DNA of 64,000 nucleotides from an uncultured Candidatus Rokubacteria bacterium (lineage in GTDB: Bacteria > Methylomirabilota > Methylomirabilia > Rokubacteriales > CSP1-6): NCBI GenBank assembly GCA_963771355.1, contig CAVYTA010000004.1, positions 224,001 through 288,000 of the forward strand. The letters are read 5' to 3'. The position numbers and the translations under genes were made by a program. Every line of letters starts with the position of its first letter. Position 1 is the first letter of the stretch. Under the pieces are notes generated by a model that was not told the origin of the DNA, searched no databases, and saw nothing but the letters and a program-made list of their open reading frames with translations. Positions 55,357-64,000 of this stretch are shown piece after piece.

Positions 55357-57237
55357 ATGACCGATCCCGGCTCCCTCGTCATCCTCGCGCTCCTCCTGCC
55401 CGCGACGACCTTCCTCCTGCTGGCGCTCGCGTATCCGTTGCGGCGCCGGGGACGGGCGGCGGGCATCGTGTCCGTCCTGGGCGCGGCGGGCGCCCTGGCC
55501 GCCGCGCTCCGGGCGTGGCAGCTGCAGAGCGCGGAGGGCTTCACGCGCATCGTCGTCGAGTGGATCCCGCAGGAGTCGGGATCGCTGGCCACGGTGGGCG
55601 TGCTCGCCGACGCGGACTCCACCGTGATGCTGGTGCTGGTGGCCCTGGTGTCGTTCCTCGTCCAGCTCTACTCGCTGGGCTATCTCGACACGGAGCCGCC
55701 GGCCTCGCTGGGCCGGTACTACGTCTATCAGGCCCTCTTCGCTTTCTCGATGATGGGGCTGGTGCTGGCGCCCGGCTTCGTCCAGCTCTTCATCTGCTGG
55801 GAGCTGGTGGGCCTCTGCTCCTATCTCCTCATCGGCTACTGGTACGACCGGCCGGAGGCCGCGCGCGCGGCGGTGAAGGCGTTCTGGACCACCAAGGCCG
55901 GCGACGTGGGGCTGCTCGTCGGCATCGTGCTCCTGTGGTTCCGTGCCGGCACCTTCGATTTCCTGGAGCTCTACGATCTCGTGCGTGCCGGCCAGCTCCC
56001 CCTCGCGGGGCTGGGCCTCGTGACCTTCTGCATCTACCTCGGCGCCGTCGGCAAGTCGGCCCAGTTCCCGCTCCACGTCTGGCTGCCCGACGCCATGGAA
56101 GGCCCCACGCCCGTCTCCGCCCTCATCCACGCCGCCACCATGGTCACCGCCGGGGTCTACCTCCTCAAGCGCACCAACTGGCTCTTCGCCCTCACCCCCG
56201 ACGTGCTCCTCCTGGTGGGCTGGATCGGGGCCTTCACCGCGCTGCTGGCCGCGGTGCTCGCCTGCGTGCAGTCGGACATCAAGCGCGTGCTCGCGTACTC
56301 CACGGTGTCCCAGCTCGGCTACATGATGGCGGCGATGGGGGCGGGGTTCGCCGCCGCGGGCTTCCTGCACCTCCTCACCCACGGCATCTTCAAGGCGCTG
56401 CTCTTCCTCGGGGCGGGGGCGGTGATCCACGCGGTGGGCAGCAACGACATCTACCGCATGGGCGGGCTCCGCCGGCACATGCCGCAGACGACCATCGTGT
56501 TCCTGGTGGGCACGCTGTCCCTCGCCGGCATCCCGCTCTTCGGCGGCTTCTTCTCGAAGGAAGAGATCCTGGGCGCGGTGTGGAGCGGCGGCCTCTCGGT
56601 GCCGTTCTGGATGCTGGTGACGGCGGCTTTCCTCACCGCGTTCTACATGTTCCGGGTGGTGTTCATCGCCTTCTTCGGCGCTCCGGCGGCGCCCGCTCCC
56701 CTTGCGCATGGGGCGCACGGCGGCCACGGGACCCCCGGCGGCGGCCACCTCCACGACGCGCCCCCGGTGATGACCCTGCCGCTCTGGCTCCTGGCCGTCC
56801 TGTCGGTGGGGATCGGCGTGTACTTCACCATGCATCACGGCGAGCCCGAGTTCACCACGCCGCGTTGGCTCAGCCCGTTGGCAATTGCGGTGGCGGTGAG
56901 CGGCATCGCGCTGGCCTGGCTCACCTACTCGCGCCGCGTGATCAGCGCGGACCTCCTCGCCGCGATCTTCGCGCCCATCCGCCGCGCTGCCCTCGCGCGC
57001 TTCTGGCTGGACGACCTCTTCGAAGGGCTCTACCGCGGCGCGCTCCTCGGCATGTCGGCGGCGGTGGGCTGGGTGGACCGCTACCTCGTGGACGGGGTCG
57101 TGAACGTCCTCTCCGCGTGGACGCTCACCTGGGGCGACCGTCTCCGGCGCATGCAGAGCGGTCTCCCGCAGGACTACGTGTACGGCCTCGCGGTGGGGCT
57201 CCTGCTGCTGCTCATCTGGGTCCAGTGGCCGCGATGA
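55357..57237 (+). CDS. nuoL: NADH-quinone oxidoreductase subunit L
   Basis: WELVGLCSYLLIG, GKSAQFPLHVWLPDAMEGPTPVSALIHAATMV. Confidence 0.95.
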   Translation: MTDPGSLVILALLLPATTFLLLALAYPLRRRGRAAGIVSVLGAAGALAAALRAWQLQSAEGFTRIVVEWIPQESGSLATVGVLADADSTVMLVLVALVSFLVQLYSLGYLDTEPPASLGRYYVYQALFAFSMMGLVLAPGFVQLFICWELVGLCSYLLIGYWYDRPEAARAAVKAFWTTKAGDVGLLVGIVLLWFRAGTFDFLELYDLVRAGQLPLAGLGLVTFCIYLGAVGKSAQFPLHVWLPDAMEGPTPVSALIHAATMVTAGVYLLKRTNWLFALTPDVLLLVGWIGAFTALLAAVLACVQSDIKRVLAYSTVSQLGYMMAAMGAGFAAAGFLHLLTHGIFKALLFLGAGAVIHAVGSNDIYRMGGLRRHMPQTTIVFLVGTLSLAGIPLFGGFFSKEEILGAVWSGGLSVPFWMLVTAAFLTAFYMFRVVFIAFFGAPAAPAPLAHGAHGGHGTPGGGHLHDAPPVMTLPLWLLAVLSVGIGVYFTMHHGEPEFTTPRWLSPLAIAVAVSGIALAWLTYSRRVISADLLAAIFAPIRRAALARFWLDDLFEGLYRGALLGMSAAVGWVDRYLVDGVVNVLSAWTLTWGDRLRRMQSGLPQDYVYGLAVGLLLLLIWVQWPR

Positions 57238-58779
57238 GTCCCGTGCCCGTTCCCATCCTGTCCCTGATCACGTGGATGCCCTTCCTGGGGGCCGCTCCTC
57301 ATCATGTTCGGGGCGCGGCACAACCCGTTCCTGGTGCGGCTGATCTCGGTGGTCACCACGGGGATCTCGCTGCTGCTCTCGCTGCGCATCTTCTGGCTCT
57401 ACGACCGCGACGCGGCGGGCTACCAGTTCTACGAGGAGGTGTCGCTGGTCCCGCCGCTGGGCATCTCGTACCAGGTCGGCGTGGACGGCATGAGCCTCCT
57501 CATGGTGCTGCTCACCTCCATCATCATCTTCGCGGGGGTGTGGGCGTCGTGGACGGTGAAGGAGCGGAGCCAGGAGTTCTACGCGCTCCTCCTTCTGCTG
57601 GTGACCGGCGTCTACGGCGTCTTCGTCTCTCTCGACCTGTTCGTGCTCTTCCTCTTCTACGAGATCGCGGTGCTGCCGATGTACCTCCTCATCGGCATCT
57701 GGGGCTCCTCGGGCGAGGTGCGGCCGCAGGGCATCTTCGGCTGGGCGTTCCGGCGGACCGGAGTGGGGACCAAAGAATACGCGGCGATGAAGCTGACCCT
57801 CTACCTCCTCTTCGGGTCCGCGTTCATCCTCGTCGGCATCCTGGCCCTCTACGTGGCCTCGGGCTCGTCGTCCTTCTCGCTGCTCGAGCTGGAGCAGGTG
57901 AAGTTCGGGCGGGGGCTCCAGTCGTGGGTGTTCCTCGCCTTCTACGTGGGCTTCGGCATCCTGGCCGGCATCTGGCCGCTGCACACGTGGTCGCCCGACG
58001 GCCACGCGTCGGCCCCCACCGCGGTCTCCATGCTCCACGCGGGCGTGCTGATGAAGCTGGGCGCCTACGGCGTGGTCCGGCTCGGCATGGGCTTGCTGCC
58101 CGACGGCACGCATGAGTGGATGTGGCTGGTGGGGCTCATCGCCTGCATCAACATCGTCTACGGCGCGCTCTCCGCCATGGCGCAGGTGGACCTCAAGTAC
58201 GTCATCGCCTACTCGTCCGTCTCTCACATGGGCGTGGTGATGCTGGGGGCGGCCACCCTGACCGAGAGCGGCCTCAACGGCTCCGTGTTCCAGATGTTCG
58301 CCCACGGGCTCATGACCGGCCTCTTCTTCGCGCTGGTGGGCCTCGTCTACGAGAAGGCGCACTCGCGCGCCATCTTCAGGATGAGCGGATTCGGCAAGAT
58401 GATGCCCGGCATCGCCACCGCCTTCACCATCGGCGGCCTCTCCTCGCTGGGCCTGCCCGCCACCGCCGGCTTCGTCGCCGAGTTCCTCACCTTTCTGGGC
58501 GCCTGGCAGTCACGCCATCGCTGGTGGCTGTTTCCCGCCGTGCTCGGCGCCTTTTTGACCTCGATCTACGTCCTGCGGGTGGCCAAGCAGATCTTCTGGG
58601 GCCCGCCCTCGAAGGATCCCCACTTCCGGGGCCTGGCCGATGCGGAGGGCCCGGAGTGGGTGGCCCTCATCCTCCTGGTCGGTGCCCTCGTGCTCTTCGG
58701 CGTGGCTCCGGGTATCGCGATCGGCCCGGTGGATACCGCCACCGTGCCCCTGCTGGTGCGCCTGGGGGTGCTGCCCTGA
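57234..58779 (+). CDS. nuoM: NADH-quinone oxidoreductase subunit M, 5' frameshift near 57292
   Basis: MSPVPVPILSLITWMPFLG then shifted frame; PLHTWSPDGH, VLMKLGAYG, IAYSSVSHMG. Confidence 0.92.
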
Positions 58780-60185
58780 GCGCGCTCGGGCTGGAGCTGG
58801 GCGTCCTCGCGGTGATGCTGGTCGTCTTCTTCGGTGGGCTCTTCGGCCGCCGCGACGACACGCGGCGGGTGGGTGTGATCTCGGTGCTGGGGCTGGTGGT
58901 GCTGCTCGGCTGGGCGTTGCGGATGGAGCCGGGAGCCACGTGGCTGGGGGAGGGCTTCGTCCAGGACGAGCTGGCGCTCTTCGGCAAGCGGCTGTTCCTG
59001 GTCGCCACCGCCCTGGGGATACTCGGCTCGCTGACCTTGAGGGCGCCGGTCTTCGCGCGGCGGGCCACCGAGTACTACCTGCTCATGCTCGCCTCGCTGC
59101 TGGGCATGCTGGTGCTCGCGTCCGCGCGGGATCTCATCCTCCTCTTCGTGGCCTTCGAGCTGATGTCGATCCCGCTCTACGTGCTGGCCGGCTTCCAGAA
59201 GGGCGAGGACCTGGCGGTGGAGGCCGCGCTCAAGTTCTTCCTGGTGGGGACGGTCTCGTCGGCGCTCATCGCCTATGGGCTGTCCTTCGTGTACGGCATC
59301 GCCCGCACCACGGCGCTGCCCGGTGTGGCCTCCGCGCTCTCGGCCGGCTCACCGCTCATGATCCTCGGGCTCGTCATCACCCTCGCCGGGCTCGGCTTCA
59401 AGATCGCCGCCGTCCCCTTCCACATGTGGGTGCCCGACACCTACGAGGCAGCCAATGCCCCGTTCGTGGCATGGCTCTCGGTGGCGCCCAAGGCGGCCGG
59501 CTTCATCGTGATCTTCCGCCTCTACCTCGAGGGGGTGGGGGACCGCGCCGTGCTGTGGGTGCCCATCGCCACCGGGCTCGCCGCCCTCACCATCGTGGCC
59601 GGCAATCTCATGGCCATTCCTCAGCAGAACGTGAAGCGCCTGCTGGCCTACTCCGGCATCGCGCACATCGGCTACATGCTCATCGGCTTCGCCGCCGTCT
59701 CCGCCAACGGCGTCGCGATGATGCTCTTCTACCTGGTCGCCTACCTCTTCGGGAACATGGGCGCGTTCCTGGTGGTGGAGGCGGTGACGCAGTCCGAGGG
59801 CTCGGAGCGGATCGACGCCTACAAGGGGCTCGCCCAGCGGTCCCCCGTCCTCGCGCTGGCCATGCTCCTCTTTCTCCTGTCTCTCGGCGGTATCCCGTTC
59901 GTGGCCGGCTTCTGGGCCAAGCTCTACGTATTCTGGGCCGCCGCCGACAAGGGGCTGTACTGGCTGGTGCTCCTGGGCGCCGTCCTCACCGTGGTCGCGC
60001 TTTTCTACTACCTCTTGGTGGCCAAGCGGATGTACATCGATGCGCCCGAGCGCACGGCGCCTATCCCCGTGCCGCCGCTGCTGGCCCTGGCCATCCTCAT
60101 CTGCAGCCTGGGGGTGGTGATCATGGGGATCTATCCCAAGCCGTTCGTTCTGAGTGCCCTTCGCGTCGCCGCCACGCTATTCTAG
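58776..60185 (+). CDS. nuoN: NADH-quinone oxidoreductase subunit N (apparent CTG start)
   Basis: FELMSIPLY, FKIAAVPFHMWVPD, KRLLAYSGIAH. Confidence 0.92.
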   Translation: MSALGLELGVLAVMLVVFFGGLFGRRDDTRRVGVISVLGLVVLLGWALRMEPGATWLGEGFVQDELALFGKRLFLVATALGILGSLTLRAPVFARRATEYYLLMLASLLGMLVLASARDLILLFVAFELMSIPLYVLAGFQKGEDLAVEAALKFFLVGTVSSALIAYGLSFVYGIARTTALPGVASALSAGSPLMILGLVITLAGLGFKIAAVPFHMWVPDTYEAANAPFVAWLSVAPKAAGFIVIFRLYLEGVGDRAVLWVPIATGLAALTIVAGNLMAIPQQNVKRLLAYSGIAHIGYMLIGFAAVSANGVAMMLFYLVAYLFGNMGAFLVVEAVTQSEGSERIDAYKGLAQRSPVLALAMLLFLLSLGGIPFVAGFWAKLYVFWAAADKGLYWLVLLGAVLTVVALFYYLLVAKRMYIDAPERTAPIPVPPLLALAILICSLGVVIMGIYPKPFVLSALRVAATLF

Positions 60186-60190
60186 GAGGC

Positions 60191-61015
60191 ATGGGGAAGC
60201 TGGCGCGTCTCTCCGCATGCGCGCTCGCGCTCCTCCTGGCGGTGACGACCTCCGCCACCGCCCAGCTCGAAGCCCGGCGATTTCCCCTCGCGGACCCCAA
60301 GCAAGTAGTCGCCGGCTCCTTCTTCGCGGAGCACGCCGCGCTGCTGGCCTTGAACCCCTCGTGGGAGGCGGAGGAGCTGCGCGCGATGGGCGGCCCCGAG
60401 AAGCGCGCCGAGCTGGCCGAGTCGGCCGGCCGCATGGAGGACGACAGCCTGGCCCGCGAGCTCATTCGAGCCATGGACGCGGTGCGGAGCGCGGAGCTGA
60501 CGGTCCGGGTGCTGCGCGGTCTCTTCACGGAGGAGTCGGCCTTTCTCGCCCAGGTCGACGCTGCTCAGCACCTGGTCTACATGCCGGACGGCTCCACGCG
60601 GCGGCTGCCGCTGGTGCAGGTCTGGCGGCTGCAGCGCGGTCTCGCGCGCATCGCCGCCCGCTCGCTGGCAGCACGGCCGGCGGCCCCGCCGCTGGCCGGG
60701 ACCTATACCGGGCGGGCCGAGGGGACGGATTGCCCTGTCGAGTCCGGCCCGGTGGAGCTGGTCCAGCAGGGCCGCGCGGTGGAGCTGGTGCGGGAGGGCC
60801 GCCTGCTCTTCTCGGTGGTGCTGGGGACGAGTGAGCTGGCCGCGCTCGCCACCGAGCAGCGCCATGCCACCGTCACGCGCGGAGTGGACGGCGCCCAGGT
60901 CGATGCGCCCGACCGCGCCTCCGAGGTCTATCTGGCCCCGCTGGGCTCGCGGGATCTCGTCCTCGCCGGCAGCAAGTTCCTGGCCTGCACGTTCACGGTG
61001 ACGGGCAAGCGCTAG
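60191..61015 (+). CDS. Secreted hypothetical protein
   Basis: GGAGG RBS, signal peptide LALLLAVTTSATA. Confidence 0.65.
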   Translation: MGKLARLSACALALLLAVTTSATAQLEARRFPLADPKQVVAGSFFAEHAALLALNPSWEAEELRAMGGPEKRAELAESAGRMEDDSLARELIRAMDAVRSAELTVRVLRGLFTEESAFLAQVDAAQHLVYMPDGSTRRLPLVQVWRLQRGLARIAARSLAARPAAPPLAGTYTGRAEGTDCPVESGPVELVQQGRAVELVREGRLLFSVVLGTSELAALATEQRHATVTRGVDGAQVDAPDRASEVYLAPLGSRDLVLAGSKFLACTFTVTGKR

Positions 61016-61034
61016 TCCCGCGTCGAGTCGGCGG

Positions 61035-62024
61035 TCACGGCGCGAATCCGTCGAGCCCACGCAGGAAGTCGACGAGCGCGGCATTGACCTCCGCGGGACG
61101 CTCCTGCTGGGTCCAATGCCCGCAGCCGGGGAGAATGAGGGACTGGCGCAGCGCGGGCACGGTCTCTCGCAGCCGCGGGAGATCGCTGCGACGTCGCGCG
61201 ATGACGGGATCGCGCTCGCCGGCCACGAAGAGCGCGGGCACGGTGACGGGCGCGCCTTGCCAGGCCGCCATCAGCTCCCAGGTGCGGTCGAGGTTGCGGT
61301 ACCAGTTCAACCCGCCCCGGAAGCCCGTCCGCGTGAACTCCGCGGTGTAGAAGTCCACGTCCTCTTCGCGGAGCCAGGGCGGCAGGCGCGGCGGCGCCGG
61401 CATGTCGCCCAGAAAGGTCGAGCCCGGTGGTCGCGGCACGCGCCAGGCGGCGGCGTCTCCCGCGTCCCCCGAGATGCCATAGAGAACGCGGCGGATGGTG
61501 TCGCGCACGTCGCGCTCCAGCTCGGCCTCCGCTACCCCCGGCGCCTGGAAGTAGAGCATGTACATGAAGTGCGCCCCGGCGGCCCGGGCCAAGCCCTCGG
61601 TGGGACGGGTGCCTCCCCGCGGCGCGTAGGGCACGCTCAACGCGGCGACGGCGGGGAAGCGGTCCGGCCGGAGGAGGCCGGCGTTCCACGCCACCGGCGC
61701 GCCCCAGTCATGCCCCACGATCGCCGCGCGCTCGACCCCGAGGGCGTCGAGCAGGCCGACCATGTCACCCACGTGATGCAGCTGGGTGTACTGCTCCACC
61801 GCGCCGGGCCGGTCCGTGCCGCCATACCCGCGCATGTCGGGAGCCACCGCGTGGTAGCCGGCGGCGGCGAGGGCGGGGAGCTGATGCCGCCAGGAGTACC
61901 AGGACTCCGGGAAGCCGTGGCAGAGGACCACCGCGGGGCCCTCGCCCTGCTCGGCGATCCGCATGCGGATGCCGTTGGTCTCGACCACGCGATGGGAAAT
62001 CGAGGGATGCGAAAGCGTGCTCAT
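61035..62024 (-). CDS. Epoxide hydrolase-like alpha/beta hydrolase
   Basis: HGFPESWYSWRHQ, GHDWGA, LNWYRN, GHWTQQE. Confidence 0.9.
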   Translation of the reverse strand: MSTLSHPSISHRVVETNGIRMRIAEQGEGPAVVLCHGFPESWYSWRHQLPALAAAGYHAVAPDMRGYGGTDRPGAVEQYTQLHHVGDMVGLLDALGVERAAIVGHDWGAPVAWNAGLLRPDRFPAVAALSVPYAPRGGTRPTEGLARAAGAHFMYMLYFQAPGVAEAELERDVRDTIRRVLYGISGDAGDAAAWRVPRPPGSTFLGDMPAPPRLPPWLREEDVDFYTAEFTRTGFRGGLNWYRNLDRTWELMAAWQGAPVTVPALFVAGERDPVIARRRSDLPRLRETVPALRQSLILPGCGHWTQQERPAEVNAALVDFLRGLDGFAP

Positions 62025-62055
62025 GCGGTCTCCATCTGGCCCATTGGCCGGGGGG

Positions 62056-62084
62056 AATCTAGCACCTAAGTAATTGTTATGCAA
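62056..62084 (-). promoter_or_regulatory. Sigma70 promoter for the hydrolase
   Basis: TTGCAT-N17-TAGATT with an extended TG. Confidence 0.6.
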
Positions 62085-62101
62085 ACGTAATATGCTCTAA
62101 G

Positions 62102-62151
62102 TTGCCGTTCTCCCTTGGTCCATCTATACTCTGTACCGACCAGTTGGTACA
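62102..62151 (+). promoter_or_regulatory. Sigma70 promoter plus TetR-type operator
   Basis: TTGCCG-N17-TATACT, then near-palindrome TGTACCGACCAGTTGGTACA (62132-62151) over the expected start site. Confidence 0.7.
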
Positions 62152-62178
62152 AATCGCCGGTCAAGGTGAAAAGAGACG

Positions 62179-62796
62179 ATGGCGGTAGAGAGCAGGAGCG
62201 CCAAGGCAGCGGCCACCCGCGATCAGATCCTGGACGCGGCGGCAAGGCTCATCCACCTGCGCGGCTATCACGGCACCTCGCTGGACGACGTGCTGCGCGA
62301 GTCGGGCGTCGGCAAGGGCAATTTCTACTACTACTTCCGCAGCAAGGAAGACCTCGGCTTCGCGATCATCGACCGGGTGGTCGAGCGCTTCCTGGAGCGC
62401 ACGCTCGAGCCGGCCTTCGTCGATCTCACGGCCGATCCGCTCGATCAGGTGCGTGCCTTCCTCGACCGGCTGCTCGAGGTCCAGCGCCAGCGCAACTGCG
62501 TGGGCGGCTGTCCCATGGGCAATCTCGCCTCGGAGCTGTCGGACGTCCACGAGGGCTTCCGGCAGCGGCTGGCGGACATCTTCGAACGCTGGCGGGTCAC
62601 GCTGGCGACGACGCTGGAGCGAGGGCGCGCATCGGGGCGGCTCCGTGCGGACCTCGACGCGCCCAGCGCGGCGGGCTTCGTGGTGGCGGCGCTCGAGGGC
62701 GCTATCCTGATGGCGAAGGTGACCAAGGACATCTCGGTCATGGAGAAGTGTGTGACCGAGCTGAAGCACCACCTCACGCTGTATGCGCGAGGCTGA
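62179..62796 (+). CDS. TetR/AcrR family regulator (NemR-like)
   Basis: GYHGTSLDDV..SGVGKGNFYYYF.SKE HTH; GCPMGNLASE. Confidence 0.9.
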   Translation: MAVESRSAKAAATRDQILDAAARLIHLRGYHGTSLDDVLRESGVGKGNFYYYFRSKEDLGFAIIDRVVERFLERTLEPAFVDLTADPLDQVRAFLDRLLEVQRQRNCVGGCPMGNLASELSDVHEGFRQRLADIFERWRVTLATTLERGRASGRLRADLDAPSAAGFVVAALEGAILMAKVTKDISVMEKCVTELKHHLTLYARG

Positions 62797-62848
62797 TGTA
62801 ACCGTGACGGCGAGCGCGGCGACCAGCTCGGCGCGCAGGAGACAGAAC

Positions 62849-63499
62849 ATGAGCACCCCGACGCAGGACACGGCGGCTTCGCCGGAAGGGGGCGCGCGGG
62901 TGGGCGCGGGACGCGTCGACCCGGAAGCGGCCCTCGTCGCGAAGCTCCGCCGGGAGGAGCCGGACGCGCCCGAGCAGCTGGTGGCCACCTTCGGCGACCG
63001 CGTGTACCGGCTGGCCATCCGCATCACCGGCAACGAGCAGGACGCCGAGGAAGTGACGCAGGATGCGCTCTGGACGGCGGCGCGGAAGATTCACACCTTC
63101 AAGGGCGAGTCCGCCTTCGGGTCGTGGCTCTACCGCATCACCGCCAACACCGCCTATCAGAAGCTGCGGGGGCGCCAGAGCAAGAAGAACGAGGTCTCGT
63201 GGGAGGCGCTGTTCCCCTCCTTCGACGAGCTGGGCAATCACCTCGATCCGGGCAGCGACTGGTCGGCCAAGGCCGAGGAGCCCGCGCTGCAGAAGGAGCT
63301 CCGGGAGGTGCTGTCCGCGGCCATCGGCGACCTCCCGGACGACTACCGGACCGCGTTCCTGATGCATGACGTCGAGGGCCTCTCGAACCCCGAGATCGCC
63401 GAGAGCCTGGGCATCAGCCTGCCCGCGGTCAAGTCGCGGGTGCACCGGTCGCGGCTCTTCCTGCGGCAGCGGCTTTCGGGCTATCTCAACGCGGCCTGA
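62849..63499 (+). CDS. ECF sigma-70 factor
   Basis: DAEEVTQD, FGSWLYRITAN, EGLSNPEIA, VKSRVHRSR. Confidence 0.92.
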   Translation: MSTPTQDTAASPEGGARVGAGRVDPEAALVAKLRREEPDAPEQLVATFGDRVYRLAIRITGNEQDAEEVTQDALWTAARKIHTFKGESAFGSWLYRITANTAYQKLRGRQSKKNEVSWEALFPSFDELGNHLDPGSDWSAKAEEPALQKELREVLSAAIGDLPDDYRTAFLMHDVEGLSNPEIAESLGISLPAVKSRVHRSRLFLRQRLSGYLNAA

Positions 63500-63593
63500 C
63501 CGCCGGCGGCGGGGGCCGATCCTTGACTTGGAGCGGGGGCGTGTGGTCTTATTACCCTTCGCGGTGAATCTTTTCGAGTGAGGTCGTGAAGTC

Positions 63594-63905
63594 ATGGAAG
63601 CGGTGATCGCGACGGGCGGCAAGCAGTACCGGGTGGCTCCGGGGCAGGTCATCAAGGTGGAGCGTCTGGCCAAGGACAAGGGCACCGCGGTGGAGTTCAC
63701 GCAGGTCCTCCTCGTCAACCAGGATGGCCAGGTCACCGTGGAGCCCAAGGCACTCAAGTCGGCGAAGGTCACCGGCGAGGTCGTGGTCGAGAAGCAGGAG
63801 CGCAAGGTCCTCGTGGTGAAGTTCAAGCGGCGGAAGAACTATCGTCGGCATCGCGGACACCGCCAGATCCTGACGGCGGTCCGCATCACCAAGATCGAGG
63901 TGTAG
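63594..63905 (+). CDS. rplU: 50S ribosomal protein L21
   Basis: [20 protein letters not shown]...GHRQ. Confidence 0.97.
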   Translation: MEAVIATGGKQYRVAPGQVIKVERLAKDKGTAVEFTQVLLVNQDGQVTVEPKALKSAKVTGEVVVEKQERKVLVVKFKRRKNYRRHRGHRQILTAVRITKIEV

Positions 63906-63910
63906 GGGCA

Positions 63911-64000
63911 ATGGCGCACAAGAAGGGCGTCGGCAGCTCGCGGAACGGACGCGACTCCAATCCCCAGATGCTGGGGGTGAAGCGTTTCGGGGGCCAGTTC
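63911..64000 (+). CDS. rpmA: 50S ribosomal protein L27 (partial)
   Basis: [30 protein letters not shown]. Confidence 0.97.
   Translation, partial: MAHKKGVGSSRNGRDSNPQMLGVKRFGGQF

Noticed and set aside
62060..62087. dif-like site (…CCTAA GTAATTG TTATGCAAAC)
   Set aside because: Spacer is 7 bp and the arms are poor; better explained by the - strand TTGCAT-N17-TAGATT promoter.
1..64000. tRNA, rRNA, IS transposase or prophage genes
   Set aside because: None recognised by eye; a tRNAscan/Infernal run would be needed to exclude small RNAs such as an L21 leader near 63540-63590.

Overview
High-GC bacterial window. Gene content and repeat style suggest Candidatus Rokubacteria/Methylomirabilota, but this is inference only. 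There are three parts. (1) 1-16.5 kb: an FAD-oxidoreductase/SelD fusion, ogt, MFS, LLM oxidoreductase and class V PLP enzyme, a minus-strand operon (DedA, MerA/LPD-like flavoprotein, AlaX, GT2-DUF3047 fusion), an M28 peptidase and panE. (2) 16.57-41.05 kb: a visibly less GC-rich island of about 37 short genes, all on the + strand, which reads as a relic chromosomal integron. Only the last ~22 codons of intI survive (IYT-VLNRGPAGVRSPAD), oriented toward the cassettes. They are followed by direct repeats, an attI-like site at 16824, mostly intact attC sites up to 22.9 kb, and progressively eroded attC remnants beyond. Cargo includes three orphan ABC substrate-binding protein paralogs, fused or deleted cassettes and metabolic genes. 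(3) 41-64 kb: ggt, DapA-family enzyme, Tat-signal pncA, TRAP transporter, purE, an 11-subunit nuo operon lacking nuoEFG but carrying a NIPSNAP gene, epoxide hydrolase, TetR, ECF sigma, rplU and rpmA. Four conserved genes have small frameshifts that look like sequencing indels. All family calls come from motif recognition by eye; no database searches were run.
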